From the NCBI GenBank assembly GCA_014360065.1, contig JACIYF010000001.1:9176-73175 (forward strand): DNA of 64,000 nt, written 5' to 3'. The DNA is from Clostridia bacterium. Lineage in GTDB: Bacteria; Bacillota; DSM-521; Neomoorellales; JACIYF01. Below the pieces are notes generated by a model, which had not been told where the DNA came from, did no database searches, and saw only the letters and a program-made list of their open reading frames with translations. Both the position numbers and the translations under genes were made by a program. Below are positions 7,806-16,207 of this stretch, piece after piece. How positions within the stretch are numbered: position 1 is the first letter of the stretch; each line of letters starts with the position of its first letter.

Positions 7806-8626
7806 AACGCCGGACCCCTCTGCTCAAGGTTTAACTGCTCCTGCTGTTCCACCGCCGCACTACCGGCAGGCTCCGGTTCAACGTCAATAACCTCACCGTT
7901 GGCCTCATTGGCTATCTCCTCGGCAACCTCGGCCTCCACATCGCCGTTTCTTTCACTGGTCAGGGCCGCCACCATATCGGTCGAGAGGATTCCGTAGTGA
8001 GACAGCAGTTTTCTGATGACCGTCTTCATGGCCATCTCTTCAAAGTTGCTCTGCCAGGCAGACCCGGGGCTGCCGAAGCTCTTGCTGTACCTTTTTGCGT
8101 GGCTCAGGACCTCATCATGGGTCATGTAGACGGTCTTCCTGAAGCCATTAAGTAGCTCCATGTAGGCGAAGTACCCTTGAGGCTTCTGGCTGGTCGGCTC
8201 GCCGGAGAACCGGACCTCGCCGGTCAGGATGTCGCGCTCCACCTTGACCCCTTCGTAGATAACCCCGGCGTTGAGGCACCGGTACTGCCCGGTCCTCATG
8301 GCCAGCTGGATGTAGCCCTTATAGCCGATCTGGAACTGAGGCACCGCCTGGCCCTTACTCTTGTAGGGCACGATGTACGCGAACCCCAATTGCTTATTGA
8401 TGGGCAATTTGAGGGTTGCGGCCTTCAAGGCTTCCATGATGACCTGCGCCGGCTCGCACTCCTGGAGGTATTTATCCGAGCCGTAGAGGTCGATGATGCT
8501 GGCTATGAAGGCGCCAGCGTTCTCCTTGAGGGCGTTTTCAAACTGAGCCCTGACGCTTTCGGTGCTGAGGACCCTTTTCAATCTCTCCATGGGGCTCCTC
8601 TGCAGCTGTACCACTTCTTGTGCCAA
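7802..8626 (-). CDS. recT: RecT-family single-strand annealing protein
   Basis: 274 aa. RecT-like blocks QFQIGYKGYIQLAMRTGQY and VYMTHDEVLSHAKRYSKS. Confidence 0.8.
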   Translation of the reverse strand: MAQEVVQLQRSPMERLKRVLSTESVRAQFENALKENAGAFIASIIDLYGSDKYLQECEPAQVIMEALKAATLKLPINKQLGFAYIVPYKSKGQAVPQFQIGYKGYIQLAMRTGQYRCLNAGVIYEGVKVERDILTGEVRFSGEPTSQKPQGYFAYMELLNGFRKTVYMTHDEVLSHAKRYSKSFGSPGSAWQSNFEEMAMKTVIRKLLSHYGILSTDMVAALTSERNGDVEAEVAEEIANEANGEVIDVEPEPAGSAAVEQQEQLNLEQRGPAF

Positions 8627-8627
8627 C

Positions 8628-10592
8628 TTAGACCGCCTCCTTGTACGCGATACCTTGGTCGTTTACTTCAACCCTCAGCGCTTTATCCGCCTCGCTGACG
8701 AACAGCCTTATCTGCTGGCCCCGAGTAGGGAGAAGGCATGTGATGGCTTCGGCGTTGTCGATAAATACAGGCGCATCAAAACCGTAATGCTCCGAAAGGA
8801 CATTAATGATGTCGAGGCCCACGTTGATTCGCGCGGCATTGTTAAGCCCGCCGCTGTAGGGTACACCCTGATACAGCGTTTCGCAGCACTCCACCACGCC
8901 GCCGTTCACCTGGACATCGAAGAGCTTGAACCTCGCCAGCTTGAAGCGACTGTTAATCTTCTCTTCCAGGAGCCGGACCTTGGTACGGATAAACTGCTCG
9001 GTCATGTAAAGCTCCTGCTCCAGCCGTTCGTATTCCGCCGCCAGCTTGCGCTCTTCGGCCTTCAGCTCTTCAATTCTGGCCAGCCCGCGGTCCCGGGCAT
9101 CGATCTGGGCCATGGCCTTTTCCAGCGCTTCCACAGCCGCATCCAGAGTAGCTATGTCCTGTTCGAGCCTGTAAACGGCTTCGGTGTTGCCGGCCTTGAT
9201 AGCGCTCACCTGCTTTTCGAGCTCGTCCCGGGATTTCTGCAGGGCAATCCACTTTGGATCAGATGAGATATCGAGGGGTTGGCTCAAACGCTCTATCTGC
9301 TGCCTGAGCTTGGCAGCCTTGGCCGTAAGGGCGTCTATTGCCTTTTTGAGTTCTTCGCGCTCCTGGCCCAACTTGGCGATCTCCCCGGCCAGGCGCTCGG
9401 CTTCGGCTTTTGCGGCTCTGCCCTGTTTATTGATGGCTTCCAGCCGCTCCGCTTTCTGTCGATTGAAATTGGACCGGGCCTCCTCGATCTGCTCCTGGGG
9501 CAGTGGTTGGCCGCAGGTGGGGCAGATATCAGGCCCTTCAAAGGCCTCGGCATCAACCCGGTACCATTCTTTCCGAAGCTCGGCCATATCGGCTTCGAGC
9601 TTTCTTATGTGCAGGGCGTAGCTATCCGCTTTTTGCTCGTTTTCCATCAGTTTCGCCCGCACTTCCGAGAGCTGCGATTGCAGCGTCTCGTAACTGGCTC
9701 TGGTCTGCGCAAGCTCGGACTCAACGGCCTTTGCGACAGTCTGCTTTAGCCGTAGCATTTGGCCCTCGATCTCCCACATTTTGCTTACGGCTTCAGCCGT
9801 CGGACCACCGCTCTTTAGCTGGGCCAACTCTTCTTGCTTCTTGGCCCGCTCCGCTTTGGCGCGGGCGATATCATCGGCCAGTGTCCCCTTGGTAGCCGAC
9901 GTATCCAGTTTGGGCAATCCCTGCTGAACCTCGTCGATGCGGACCGGGATCCGCTCCAATTCCTTGTTAATCTCGGTCCTTCTGGCCATGATTACCTTGC
10001 GGTGGTCATCTAGCTTGCGGCCCTGCAGGATTTCCGGCAGTCTAGATAGGCTTTTATCGGAGGCAATGACTTCTTGGTCAGAAATATCGCCACAAACTTC
10101 AAGCAGGATTCTGCGGCGCTCCTGCCAGTGAAGCTGTTCGTTAAAGTAGGTGGGGTTGGTTAGAAGTTTAAAGACGGCCTCATCGGCGATCTGGGCTACC
10201 CTTGCATCGTATTCGTTCTTCTTAACCGGCACACCGTCGATGTAGTAATCGGTGGTGTGCCCGGTAAACTCGGCAGTGGCAGAACCCCGCTTCTTGGTCC
10301 ACTTCTCCTTGAAAACCTTCTTCAAGGTGATGGACCTTCCGCCGGCTTCCAGGACTGCTTCAACTTCATGGTCCAGTCCATGGACGGGCTGGCCATCTGG
10401 CCCTAGGGTCTTGATCTCAAAATCCTTCCGGTTCTGGCTGTCCTTGTCGAAAAGCAGCCAGAGGAAGGCATCGAAAAGGGTGGTCTTGCCGGTGGCGTTG
10501 TCACCGTAGATGTCAACATCATAGCCATCGGCTTCCAAGGTAAAATCTCTGATGCCCTTAAAGTTTCTGAGGGTCAGCCTTATGAGCCTCAT
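8628..10592 (-). CDS. SMC/SbcC-like AAA ATPase
   Basis: 654 aa. N-terminal Walker A GDNATGKTT, a long coiled-coil middle and a C-terminal FDAPVFIDNAE Walker-B-like block. Confidence 0.8.
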   Translation of the reverse strand: MRLIRLTLRNFKGIRDFTLEADGYDVDIYGDNATGKTTLFDAFLWLLFDKDSQNRKDFEIKTLGPDGQPVHGLDHEVEAVLEAGGRSITLKKVFKEKWTKKRGSATAEFTGHTTDYYIDGVPVKKNEYDARVAQIADEAVFKLLTNPTYFNEQLHWQERRRILLEVCGDISDQEVIASDKSLSRLPEILQGRKLDDHRKVIMARRTEINKELERIPVRIDEVQQGLPKLDTSATKGTLADDIARAKAERAKKQEELAQLKSGGPTAEAVSKMWEIEGQMLRLKQTVAKAVESELAQTRASYETLQSQLSEVRAKLMENEQKADSYALHIRKLEADMAELRKEWYRVDAEAFEGPDICPTCGQPLPQEQIEEARSNFNRQKAERLEAINKQGRAAKAEAERLAGEIAKLGQEREELKKAIDALTAKAAKLRQQIERLSQPLDISSDPKWIALQKSRDELEKQVSAIKAGNTEAVYRLEQDIATLDAAVEALEKAMAQIDARDRGLARIEELKAEERKLAAEYERLEQELYMTEQFIRTKVRLLEEKINSRFKLARFKLFDVQVNGGVVECCETLYQGVPYSGGLNNAARINVGLDIINVLSEHYGFDAPVFIDNAEAITCLLPTRGQQIRLFVSEADKALRVEVNDQGIAYKEAV

Positions 10593-10595
10593 CGC

Positions 10596-10793
10596 CTACC
10601 TCCTTCCTTCCAGTACGCGCCGCAGATTCTCTCCCGCCATGACAACATCGATTATCTGCTCTTCTATCTCCGGCCGGATCTCGCGGAAAATCACCCCGGC
10701 CATCCAGGAGATATCATCGGAGATATCATCATGGTATACGTTGCACTTAATAAGGGCCCGCTCGATGGCCTCGTACAGCTCGTTATCATTCAT
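10596..10793 (-). CDS. hypothetical protein
   Basis: 65-aa ORF. Its ATG overlaps the upstream stop (ATGA). Confidence 0.45.
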   Translation of the reverse strand: MNDNELYEAIERALIKCNVYHDDISDDISWMAGVIFREIRPEIEEQIIDVVMAGENLRRVLEGRR

Positions 10794-10948
10794 AGTCCCA
10801 GGCTCCTTCCCATGCGGACTAACTGCCAGAACAGGTACAGTACCGTACCCCCGGCCAGCAGGTTAGTCACCCATGCTATCCTGAGCGCCGCGCGCTCGTC
10901 TTCAAGCAGACGGGCGGCAGCCTCAAGGAACCGGTCAAGCGAACTCAT
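10790..10948 (-). CDS. hypothetical small hydrophobic protein (52 aa, below track cutoff)
   Basis: Hand translation: MSSLDRFLEAAARLLEDERAALRIAWVTNLLAGGTVLYLFWQLVRMGRSLGL. ATGA overlaps at both ends. Confidence 0.3.
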   Translation of the reverse strand: MSSLDRFLEAAARLLEDERAALRIAWVTNLLAGGTVLYLFWQLVRMGRSLGL

Positions 10949-11421
10949 TCCGACACCTCCCACCGGTTAAAGACCGCCCCGCACTCTTTACACCCCCACG
11001 ACCAGAGGCCCCATTCGTGGCCCTCCTGCTGGGTGCAAAGATACCGCCATCTCCGCATGTCGGAACCGCAGTCCGGGCAGGCCTCAAGGACGACCGTGCG
11101 CTTGGGCTCGATCCAAACCCAGCCTTCCTCTTCGGAAGTCAGGTATACGCGGAAGGTCCGGGTATCGAGGCGGGTCAGGCCCTCGGACTCCAGAAGGCCG
11201 GCGAGGGCCCTCCGCATGGTGACGTGGGAAAACAGGTCGCCCCGCCTGAGCCACATCCGCAGGGTCAGCTCGGCAGTCTGAACTGCCACCCGGCGGCTCT
11301 CAAGCGAGACGACTTGACAGCCGCCCTCCGTGGTGGTAACCTGGAGGCGAGGGGTTTGAGCCGCGCTGAATGCGGCTTTTTCTTTTCTCTTTTGGAGAAA
11401 GTCAACGACAACAGCACTCAT
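10945..11421 (-). CDS. hypothetical protein with C-terminal zinc ribbon
   Basis: 158 aa with CPDCGS...CKECG. Confidence 0.5.
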   Translation of the reverse strand: MSAVVVDFLQKRKEKAAFSAAQTPRLQVTTTEGGCQVVSLESRRVAVQTAELTLRMWLRRGDLFSHVTMRRALAGLLESEGLTRLDTRTFRVYLTSEEEGWVWIEPKRTVVLEACPDCGSDMRRWRYLCTQQEGHEWGLWSWGCKECGAVFNRWEVSE

Positions 11422-11682
11422 CTAGGCCACCTTCCTCACGTCCCGGTGCCGCACCCACTCGCGGTAAACCGGGCACTCCAGCAAGCAGTCTTCTAATAGG
11501 TCGCTCCGGCCCAGCACCCGAGATATGCAGGCCACCACGTCGCATGTCGCCCGCCGTCTCCCGTGCTCGATGTCGCACAGGTAGGACGGCGATATGTGAG
11601 CGCGCTGGGCCAGCACGCAGGCGGGTACTTCTGCCCGTTCCCGGATGCGCCGGATCTTCGCTCCTATGTCCAACGGCTTCAC
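11422..11682 (-). CDS. XRE-family HTH regulator
   Basis: 86 aa. IGAKIRRIRERAEV..LAQRAHISPSYLCDIEHGRR helix-turn-helix pattern. Confidence 0.65.
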   Translation of the reverse strand: MKPLDIGAKIRRIRERAEVPACVLAQRAHISPSYLCDIEHGRRRATCDVVACISRVLGRSDLLEDCLLECPVYREWVRHRDVRKVA

Positions 11683-11790
11683 CTCCCTTCACAGGTAGCG
11701 CAGTTTTATGGACAGGCCTCCGCGCCGCTGGTAACTTATGAGGCGTAACCCACCAGCGGCCCCCAAGTTGCCCTCCGCGGGGCCTGCTAC

Positions 11791-12012
11791 CTACCGCCCC
11801 TTAAGCCGACCCCGTATGGTGAGCATGTCATCTGCCAGGTAATTCACCTCTGATACAAGTTGCCCCAAAGCAAGGGCGATAGTTGCCAGGGCACAACGCG
11901 GCGATTCGCCAGTATCACCGCTAATATACAAGGCGCACTCCGGCTCACATTTCACATAACTGTAATCAGCGTTGCCGCACGGGTTTTGAACGAGCTTAAA
12001 CGGGCATACCAT
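11791..12012 (-). CDS. hypothetical Cys-rich protein
   Basis: The track ORF extends to 12066. ATG 12012 follows GGAGGAGG and lies just after the upstream stop at 12018. The protein starts MVCPFKLVQNPCGN. Confidence 0.5.
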   Translation of the reverse strand: MVCPFKLVQNPCGNADYSYVKCEPECALYISGDTGESPRCALATIALALGQLVSEVNYLADDMLTIRGRLKGR

Positions 12013-12017
12013 ACAAA

Positions 12018-12305
12018 TCACCTCCTCCCGGTTGCTCTCTTCTTCCGCTTGGCCTCCCGTTCCCATAGGAGCCTCAAGTTCCGCTCCATCCTCGGCTCAT
12101 CCGGGGTGGCCAGCCACTCATCCAGGGCCCACTTCGGGATGATGTACTTCCCGCCCTTGCCCTGCCCCCGGCTGGTCACGATCCGCTTTGCCGGGAGCTG
12201 GCCCGTGTAGACCATGTCGTACACAGTCCGCTCGGACAGGTTGAGCAGGCGGGCGGTTTCTTTGATTGAGAAAGCAAGCGGAGCCGCTTCTTTTATGTCG
12301 GCCAT
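12018..12305 (-). CDS. excisionase-family (MerR-like) HTH DNA-binding protein
   Basis: FSIKETARLLNLSERTVYDMVYTGQLPAKRI matches the excisionase-type HTH. The start is taken at MADIKE. Confidence 0.6.
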   Translation of the reverse strand: MADIKEAAPLAFSIKETARLLNLSERTVYDMVYTGQLPAKRIVTSRGQGKGGKYIIPKWALDEWLATPDEPRMERNLRLLWEREAKRKKRATGRR

Positions 12306-12347
12306 GTTTACCTCTCCTAACGGCAAAAACCGGCACAAATGGGCGCA

Positions 12348-12602
12348 TTAAGCACCATCCGTGCCGGTGGGCTGGGTTTCCCCTCGCTGAACTTTAGCGC
12401 ACAGCAAATCTTCTAACGGAATGTTGAATTCCTGATAGACTTTCAGCGCAACACGTTTAGAAAGGCCATGTTGTCCGTGGATAATCATAGAATAATTGCT
12501 TTTTGAAATCCCTAGTCTCTTGGCCATTTCCGTCTTGCTGATTTGAAGCTGATTCCTGATTTGCTCTAACTTATGCATCCGGTTCACCGCCTCTGAACCC
12601 AT
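12348..12602 (-). CDS. Cro-like XRE HTH regulator
   Basis: QISKTEMAKRLGISKSNYSMIIHG HTH. It diverges from the cI-like gene. The start may be 12602 (leaderless) or 12578. Confidence 0.65.
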   Translation of the reverse strand: MGSEAVNRMHKLEQIRNQLQISKTEMAKRLGISKSNYSMIIHGQHGLSKRVALKVYQEFNIPLEDLLCAKVQRGETQPTGTDGA

Positions 12603-12705
12603 TATAGTTTAGCCAATCTGAACCTGTCAAGGGGTAAATTTATTTTTCCTGAACCAAATTGTAATTTCAGGTTACCTGAACTATACTTGAAAGTGGGTGG
12701 TAATA
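12603..12705. promoter_or_regulatory. divergent cro/cI control region with CTGAAC-type operator repeats
   Basis: Perfect palindrome TTCAGGTtACCTGAA at 12666..12680, plus half-sites CTGAACC at 12618..12624 and 12649..12655. The interval is AT-rich and lies between divergent HTH genes. Confidence 0.5.
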
Positions 12706-13056
12706 ATGACTTTTGGCGAACGACTAAAAAAGATAAGAACAGAACGTGGTCTGCGTCAGGAAGACATAGGGAAAGTAGTTCACGTAGGAAAATCCACGGT
12801 ATCACAGTGGGAGAGTAATACCCATGTTCCGGATTTAGAAACCGTGGCTAAAATTGCCGACCACCTCAACATTTCTATAGATTACCTTCTTGGCCGGACG
12901 GATAATCCTGTTCCTCCTGTAGACAAAAACCGTTACGAGACCCTTGCCGCCCACCGGCGGGACGACCCTATAGCTGACCTGCCTCCCGAAGCCCAGCGCT
13001 CTCTTGAAGAATTCAAGGAGTACATCATCAAGAAATACGGCCAGAAGAAGGAGTGA
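12706..13056 (+). CDS. cI-like XRE-family repressor
   Basis: FGERLKKIRTERGLRQEDIGKVVHVGKSTVSQWESN HTH. It is followed by an ImmA-like gene. Confidence 0.75.
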   Translation: MTFGERLKKIRTERGLRQEDIGKVVHVGKSTVSQWESNTHVPDLETVAKIADHLNISIDYLLGRTDNPVPPVDKNRYETLAAHRRDDPIADLPPEAQRSLEEFKEYIIKKYGQKKE

Positions 13057-13063
13057 CACCCAG

Positions 13064-13504
13064 GTGCCGTTTACCCTGCTCAAGCTGGCCGATGCTTATG
13101 GCATAAAAGTTGAATATTGGGATTTTCAGCCTCCGCTTGAAGCCGTCTATTGGTTCTCTCCCGGCCTGCCGCCGGTGATCGGCCTGGCAAACTCGCTGTT
13201 CGAGAACCGACGCTATTTTCGTTGCGTGCTGGCGGAAGAACTCGGTCACCATTTCACCACGGTTGGCGAGGCTGTGCCAAAAATGTTTTACCGCTACGGG
13301 GATCGCCTGGATATAAGCAAAGCTGAGCACCGGGCCATGGTTTGGGCTGCCAAATACCTAATGCCAGCAGACAGGTTGCTTGGAGCACTCAGCTTTGGCA
13401 TAGTAGAACAATGGGAACTGGCAGACTACTTTGAAGTCACGGAGGATATGGTGAGGTTTAGAATGGGGCTATGGGACATGCGACAAATTTGTTTGGCAGG
13501 GTAA
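13064..13504 (+). CDS. ImmA/IrrE-family (DUF955) metallopeptidase-like anti-repressor protease
   Basis: LAEELGHHFT degenerate HExxH block. GTG 13064 follows AAGGAG. This is the typical cI-ImmA pairing. Confidence 0.65.
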   Translation: MPFTLLKLADAYGIKVEYWDFQPPLEAVYWFSPGLPPVIGLANSLFENRRYFRCVLAEELGHHFTTVGEAVPKMFYRYGDRLDISKAEHRAMVWAAKYLMPADRLLGALSFGIVEQWELADYFEVTEDMVRFRMGLWDMRQICLAG

Positions 13505-13516
13505 GGAGGGCGCCGA

Positions 13517-14686
13517 ATGGGTTTTAAAGAGGACATGCAGAAGCTGTCGGCGCAGATCGCCGAGCGGAAAAACCATGTTGTCAATGAAGAAATGGGCAAG
13601 CAGGTCCTGGTTATGCCTTTTATCCAAGCTTTAGGCTTTGATGTCTTTAATCCTCTCGAAGTCAGGCCCGAGTACATAGCTGATTTCGGCAAAAAGAAAG
13701 GCGAGAAGGTTGACTACGCCATATTCAAGGATGGAACGCCGGTAATGTTCATAGAAGCAAAGTCCGTTACGGAAAATCTGGAAAACCATGATGCCCAGCT
13801 TGCCCGCTATTTTAATGCCACTCCTGAAGTCAGGATTGCTGTTCTTACTAACGGCGTAGTCTACAAGTTCTTTACCGACCTAAATTCAAACAACATTATG
13901 GATCAGTCGCCTTTTCTGACTCTTGATATAACTAACTTAACCACTTCGGATATAGAGATATTGGCGAATTTCAGAAAGGACCGATTCGAAACAGAATCGC
14001 TAGTCAGATATGCCGAAGAACTAATATACACGTCCAATCTAAATGCAAAACTAAAGGACCTATTTAAGAATCCTCCGGACGATTTCATACGCTTTCTGAT
14101 AAGAGACTTTAGTGATACAAGGGTAACCAGTAATGTCATCGAGCGTTTCCGACCTATCGTAAAGAAGTCAATTTCTCATGCCATACTTGAGATAGTCAGC
14201 CAAGGGCTTTTCCCACAGGAGGTTGCATCCAACGAGGAAGTGGCTCAAACTTCGGATCAAGTAGAAGAAAAAACTACCGAGGACAAAGAGCCAGAAGAAA
14301 CCGACGCAGGCAGAAAAATAATTACCAGCGAAAAAGAAAGAGCTAGTTTTGATCTAATCAAGAGCATCCTCGAAAAGCATGGCCTAGATACGTCTAGCCT
14401 AAATTCCAAAGACACAGTGAATTACTACGGCATCTTTACCAAGAACATCTTTCATTGGTTTATTAGGCTCAATCTGGATAGCGCGAACGAGCACATTATT
14501 ACCAGGCTGCCTCTGGAAACGGCCCAATCTTTAGCGCCTGGGTTTAAAGTGGAACCGGCTCCTAAAGGTATTGGAGAAAGTAGGGTGTACATAAACTCCT
14601 ATCATGATCTGGTAAAGCTGGAGGAGCTTATCGTAACAGCCTTTAAAGCAGTTATGCCAGAACAAAGCAAAGAAACCCAGCCATAA
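13517..14686 (+). CDS. HsdR_N-type (type I restriction enzyme R N-terminal-like) PD-(D/E)XK nuclease-domain protein
   Basis: 389 aa. N-terminal KVDYAIF...PVMFIEAKS (D...EAK) with a QLARY block. Acidic linker and an uncharacterized C-terminal half. Visibly AT-richer than its neighbours. Confidence 0.55.
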   Translation: MGFKEDMQKLSAQIAERKNHVVNEEMGKQVLVMPFIQALGFDVFNPLEVRPEYIADFGKKKGEKVDYAIFKDGTPVMFIEAKSVTENLENHDAQLARYFNATPEVRIAVLTNGVVYKFFTDLNSNNIMDQSPFLTLDITNLTTSDIEILANFRKDRFETESLVRYAEELIYTSNLNAKLKDLFKNPPDDFIRFLIRDFSDTRVTSNVIERFRPIVKKSISHAILEIVSQGLFPQEVASNEEVAQTSDQVEEKTTEDKEPEETDAGRKIITSEKERASFDLIKSILEKHGLDTSSLNSKDTVNYYGIFTKNIFHWFIRLNLDSANEHIITRLPLETAQSLAPGFKVEPAPKGIGESRVYINSYHDLVKLEELIVTAFKAVMPEQSKETQP

Positions 14687-14707
14687 ACTGTCTCGCGAGG
14701 TGACATC

Positions 14708-15874
14708 ATGCCCGGCCACATCAGACCAGTTAAGGGACAGGAGAACGTCTGGAGAGTTGTTGTCGAAGCCGGCATCGATCCAGGAACCGGAAAGCGCCGC
14801 CGGGTAGTGAGGATAGTCAGAGGCCGGCTTGCGGAGGCGCAGGCTCTCCTGGGCCGGCTTCTTCAGCAGTACGAAGAACAGCACCTTGAGCCCACCAAGC
14901 TGACGGTCGGTGAGTGGGTACGCATTTGGCTTGACGACTACAAAAAGGTAGAGCTGAGGCCAACCACGTGGGAACTCTATGACGGCTACGCCCGAAATCA
15001 CCTTATTCCCGCCCTGGGCGCGACCCGCCTCGCAGATCTTCGCACGTCCGACATCCAGAAAGCGTATGCTCAGATGTACCAGTCCGGTGTCTCGGCAAGG
15101 AGCATCCGCATGGTCCAGCAGGTACTCCACGGCGCCCTTGAGCAGGCCGTAGCCGAGCGAAAAATCCCCTACAACCCATCGGACAAAGTCCGCCTGCCAA
15201 CTTACGAACCTCAAAAGCGCCGGGCTCTCACACAAGAGGAAGAGGCGGCTTTTATCCAGGCATGCTTTTCGGACCGCCTGGGGCCTGCCTTTCTGGTGGC
15301 ATTAGGTGCAGGTTTGCGGCGCGGAGAGGTTCTGGCCCTTCGGTGGAGCGACATAGACTGGGAGAATGGTATCCTCCGCGTGGAGCGGGGCCTGACGCAC
15401 ACCACGGAAGCCGGTACGACGATCCAGGGCCCCAAGACCGCGCACTCCAAGCGGCCTGTGCCCGTGCCGGGCACAGTACTGCAGGTACTTGCCTACCACC
15501 GGGACAGGATGCAAGCCGAAGAGAACTACCGAGCAAACGGCCTAGTGTTTGTCACCAGAAAACGGACGCCTATCATGCCGCGCAATTTCAACCGCAAGTT
15601 CTACCAGCTCCGTGCTAAGGCCGGCATCCCGGAAGATGTTACCCTCCACGGTCTGCGGCATACCTTCGCCACCCGGCTTTTGGAACTCGGCGAGGATACC
15701 CACGTTATCCAGTCCATGATGGGGCATACCCGCTCCAGCATTACCCAGGAATACGCTCATGTCACGATGAGGCTCATGCGGGAGGCCGCCCAAAAGATGG
15801 ACAAGCACCTCTCGGGCACAAATCGGGCACAAAAAAACGGCCCCGGAGAGGGGCCGGAGCCACAAAGCCCTTGA
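14708..15874 (+). CDS. int: tyrosine recombinase / phage integrase
   Basis: 388 aa. LGAGLRRGE (Arg I), HGLRHTFAT (HxxR) and GHTRSSITQEYAH (catalytic Tyr region). Confidence 0.9.
   Translation: MPGHIRPVKGQENVWRVVVEAGIDPGTGKRRRVVRIVRGRLAEAQALLGRLLQQYEEQHLEPTKLTVGEWVRIWLDDYKKVELRPTTWELYDGYARNHLIPALGATRLADLRTSDIQKAYAQMYQSGVSARSIRMVQQVLHGALEQAVAERKIPYNPSDKVRLPTYEPQKRRALTQEEEAAFIQACFSDRLGPAFLVALGAGLRRGEVLALRWSDIDWENGILRVERGLTHTTEAGTTIQGPKTAHSKRPVPVPGTVLQVLAYHRDRMQAEENYRANGLVFVTRKRTPIMPRNFNRKFYQLRAKAGIPEDVTLHGLRHTFATRLLELGEDTHVIQSMMGHTRSSITQEYAHVTMRLMREAAQKMDKHLSGTNRAQKNGPGEGPEPQSP
15806..15831 (+). repeat. CACCTC-N2-GGGCACAAATCGGGCACA motif, copy 1 (candidate integrase arm-type site)
   Basis: Lies inside the 3' end of int. 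A near-identical copy is at 16045..16068, on the other side of the tRNA-Val core. Confidence 0.5.
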
Positions 15875-15880
15875 TTTTCT

Positions 15881-15930
15881 TGGTGGGCGATAGTAGATTC
15901 GAACTACTGACCCCCTGCTTGTAAGGCAGG
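15881..15930 (-). other. 3' 50 nt of tRNA-Val(UAC): att core copy, not a functional tRNA
   Basis: The minus strand reads CCTGC-CTTACAA-GCAGG GGGTC AGTAG-TTCGAAT-CTACT ATCGCCC A CCA. The upstream sequence cannot supply the GGGCGAT acceptor strand or a D-arm. Confidence 0.7.
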
Positions 15931-16044
15931 AGACCAGGCATTTTGACCATCTCTTGCCGGATCTCGATTCCTGCATCCCTTGAAAATACTAGCTTCCGTG
16001 ACAGGCTTAGTCAGCTTTGCACTCATTTTGACGGGTTAAGAGGC

Positions 16045-16068
16045 CACCTCAGGCACAAATCGGGCACA
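16045..16068 (+). repeat. CACCTC-N-GGCACAAATCGGGCACA motif, copy 2
   Basis: Direct repeat of 15806..15831, located ~115 nt to the right of the core fragment. Confidence 0.5.
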
Positions 16069-16130
16069 CAGACACGATCCCGCCGCGAAGACCCCACCAA
16101 AAATTTTTTTAGATCTTTTTCAAAAACCCC

Positions 16131-16158
16131 TTGACGGCTACGTGTATACGTATATAAT
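16131..16158 (+). promoter_or_regulatory. sigma-70/SigA-type promoter of the accessory operon
   Basis: TTGACG (16131..16136), 16-nt spacer, TATAAT (16153..16158). It lies ~50 nt upstream of the first RBS. Confidence 0.55.
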
Positions 16159-16207
16159 TATAGTAGAACGAAGGTTGAGCCCCGGTTGGGCGGAAAGGAG
16201 AAAGGTA

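Larger units (their letters stand above)
1..15880. mobile_element. Prophage A, right-hand part only (replication, recombination, immunity, integration modules); left end lies outside the window
   Basis: Contiguous phage-type genes (dnaN, dnaB, DnaD-like, recT, cro/cI, ImmA, integrase). The block ends 7 nt before a tRNA-Val 3' fragment. Gene order parallels 47.5-64 kb of the second element. Confidence 0.7.

Noticed and set aside
15881-15930. tRNA-Val considered as a functional gene
   Set aside because: Only the anticodon arm through CCA is present. The 5' flanking sequence cannot pair with the ATCGCCC acceptor strand and has no D-arm. It is treated as an att core remnant.
15943-16134. 63-aa plus-strand ORF between the tRNA fragment and the operon promoter
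   Set aside because: It has no RBS. It spans the GGCACAAATCGGGCACA repeat, which looks like a DNA-level (integrase arm-type or int-remnant) element rather than coding sequence.
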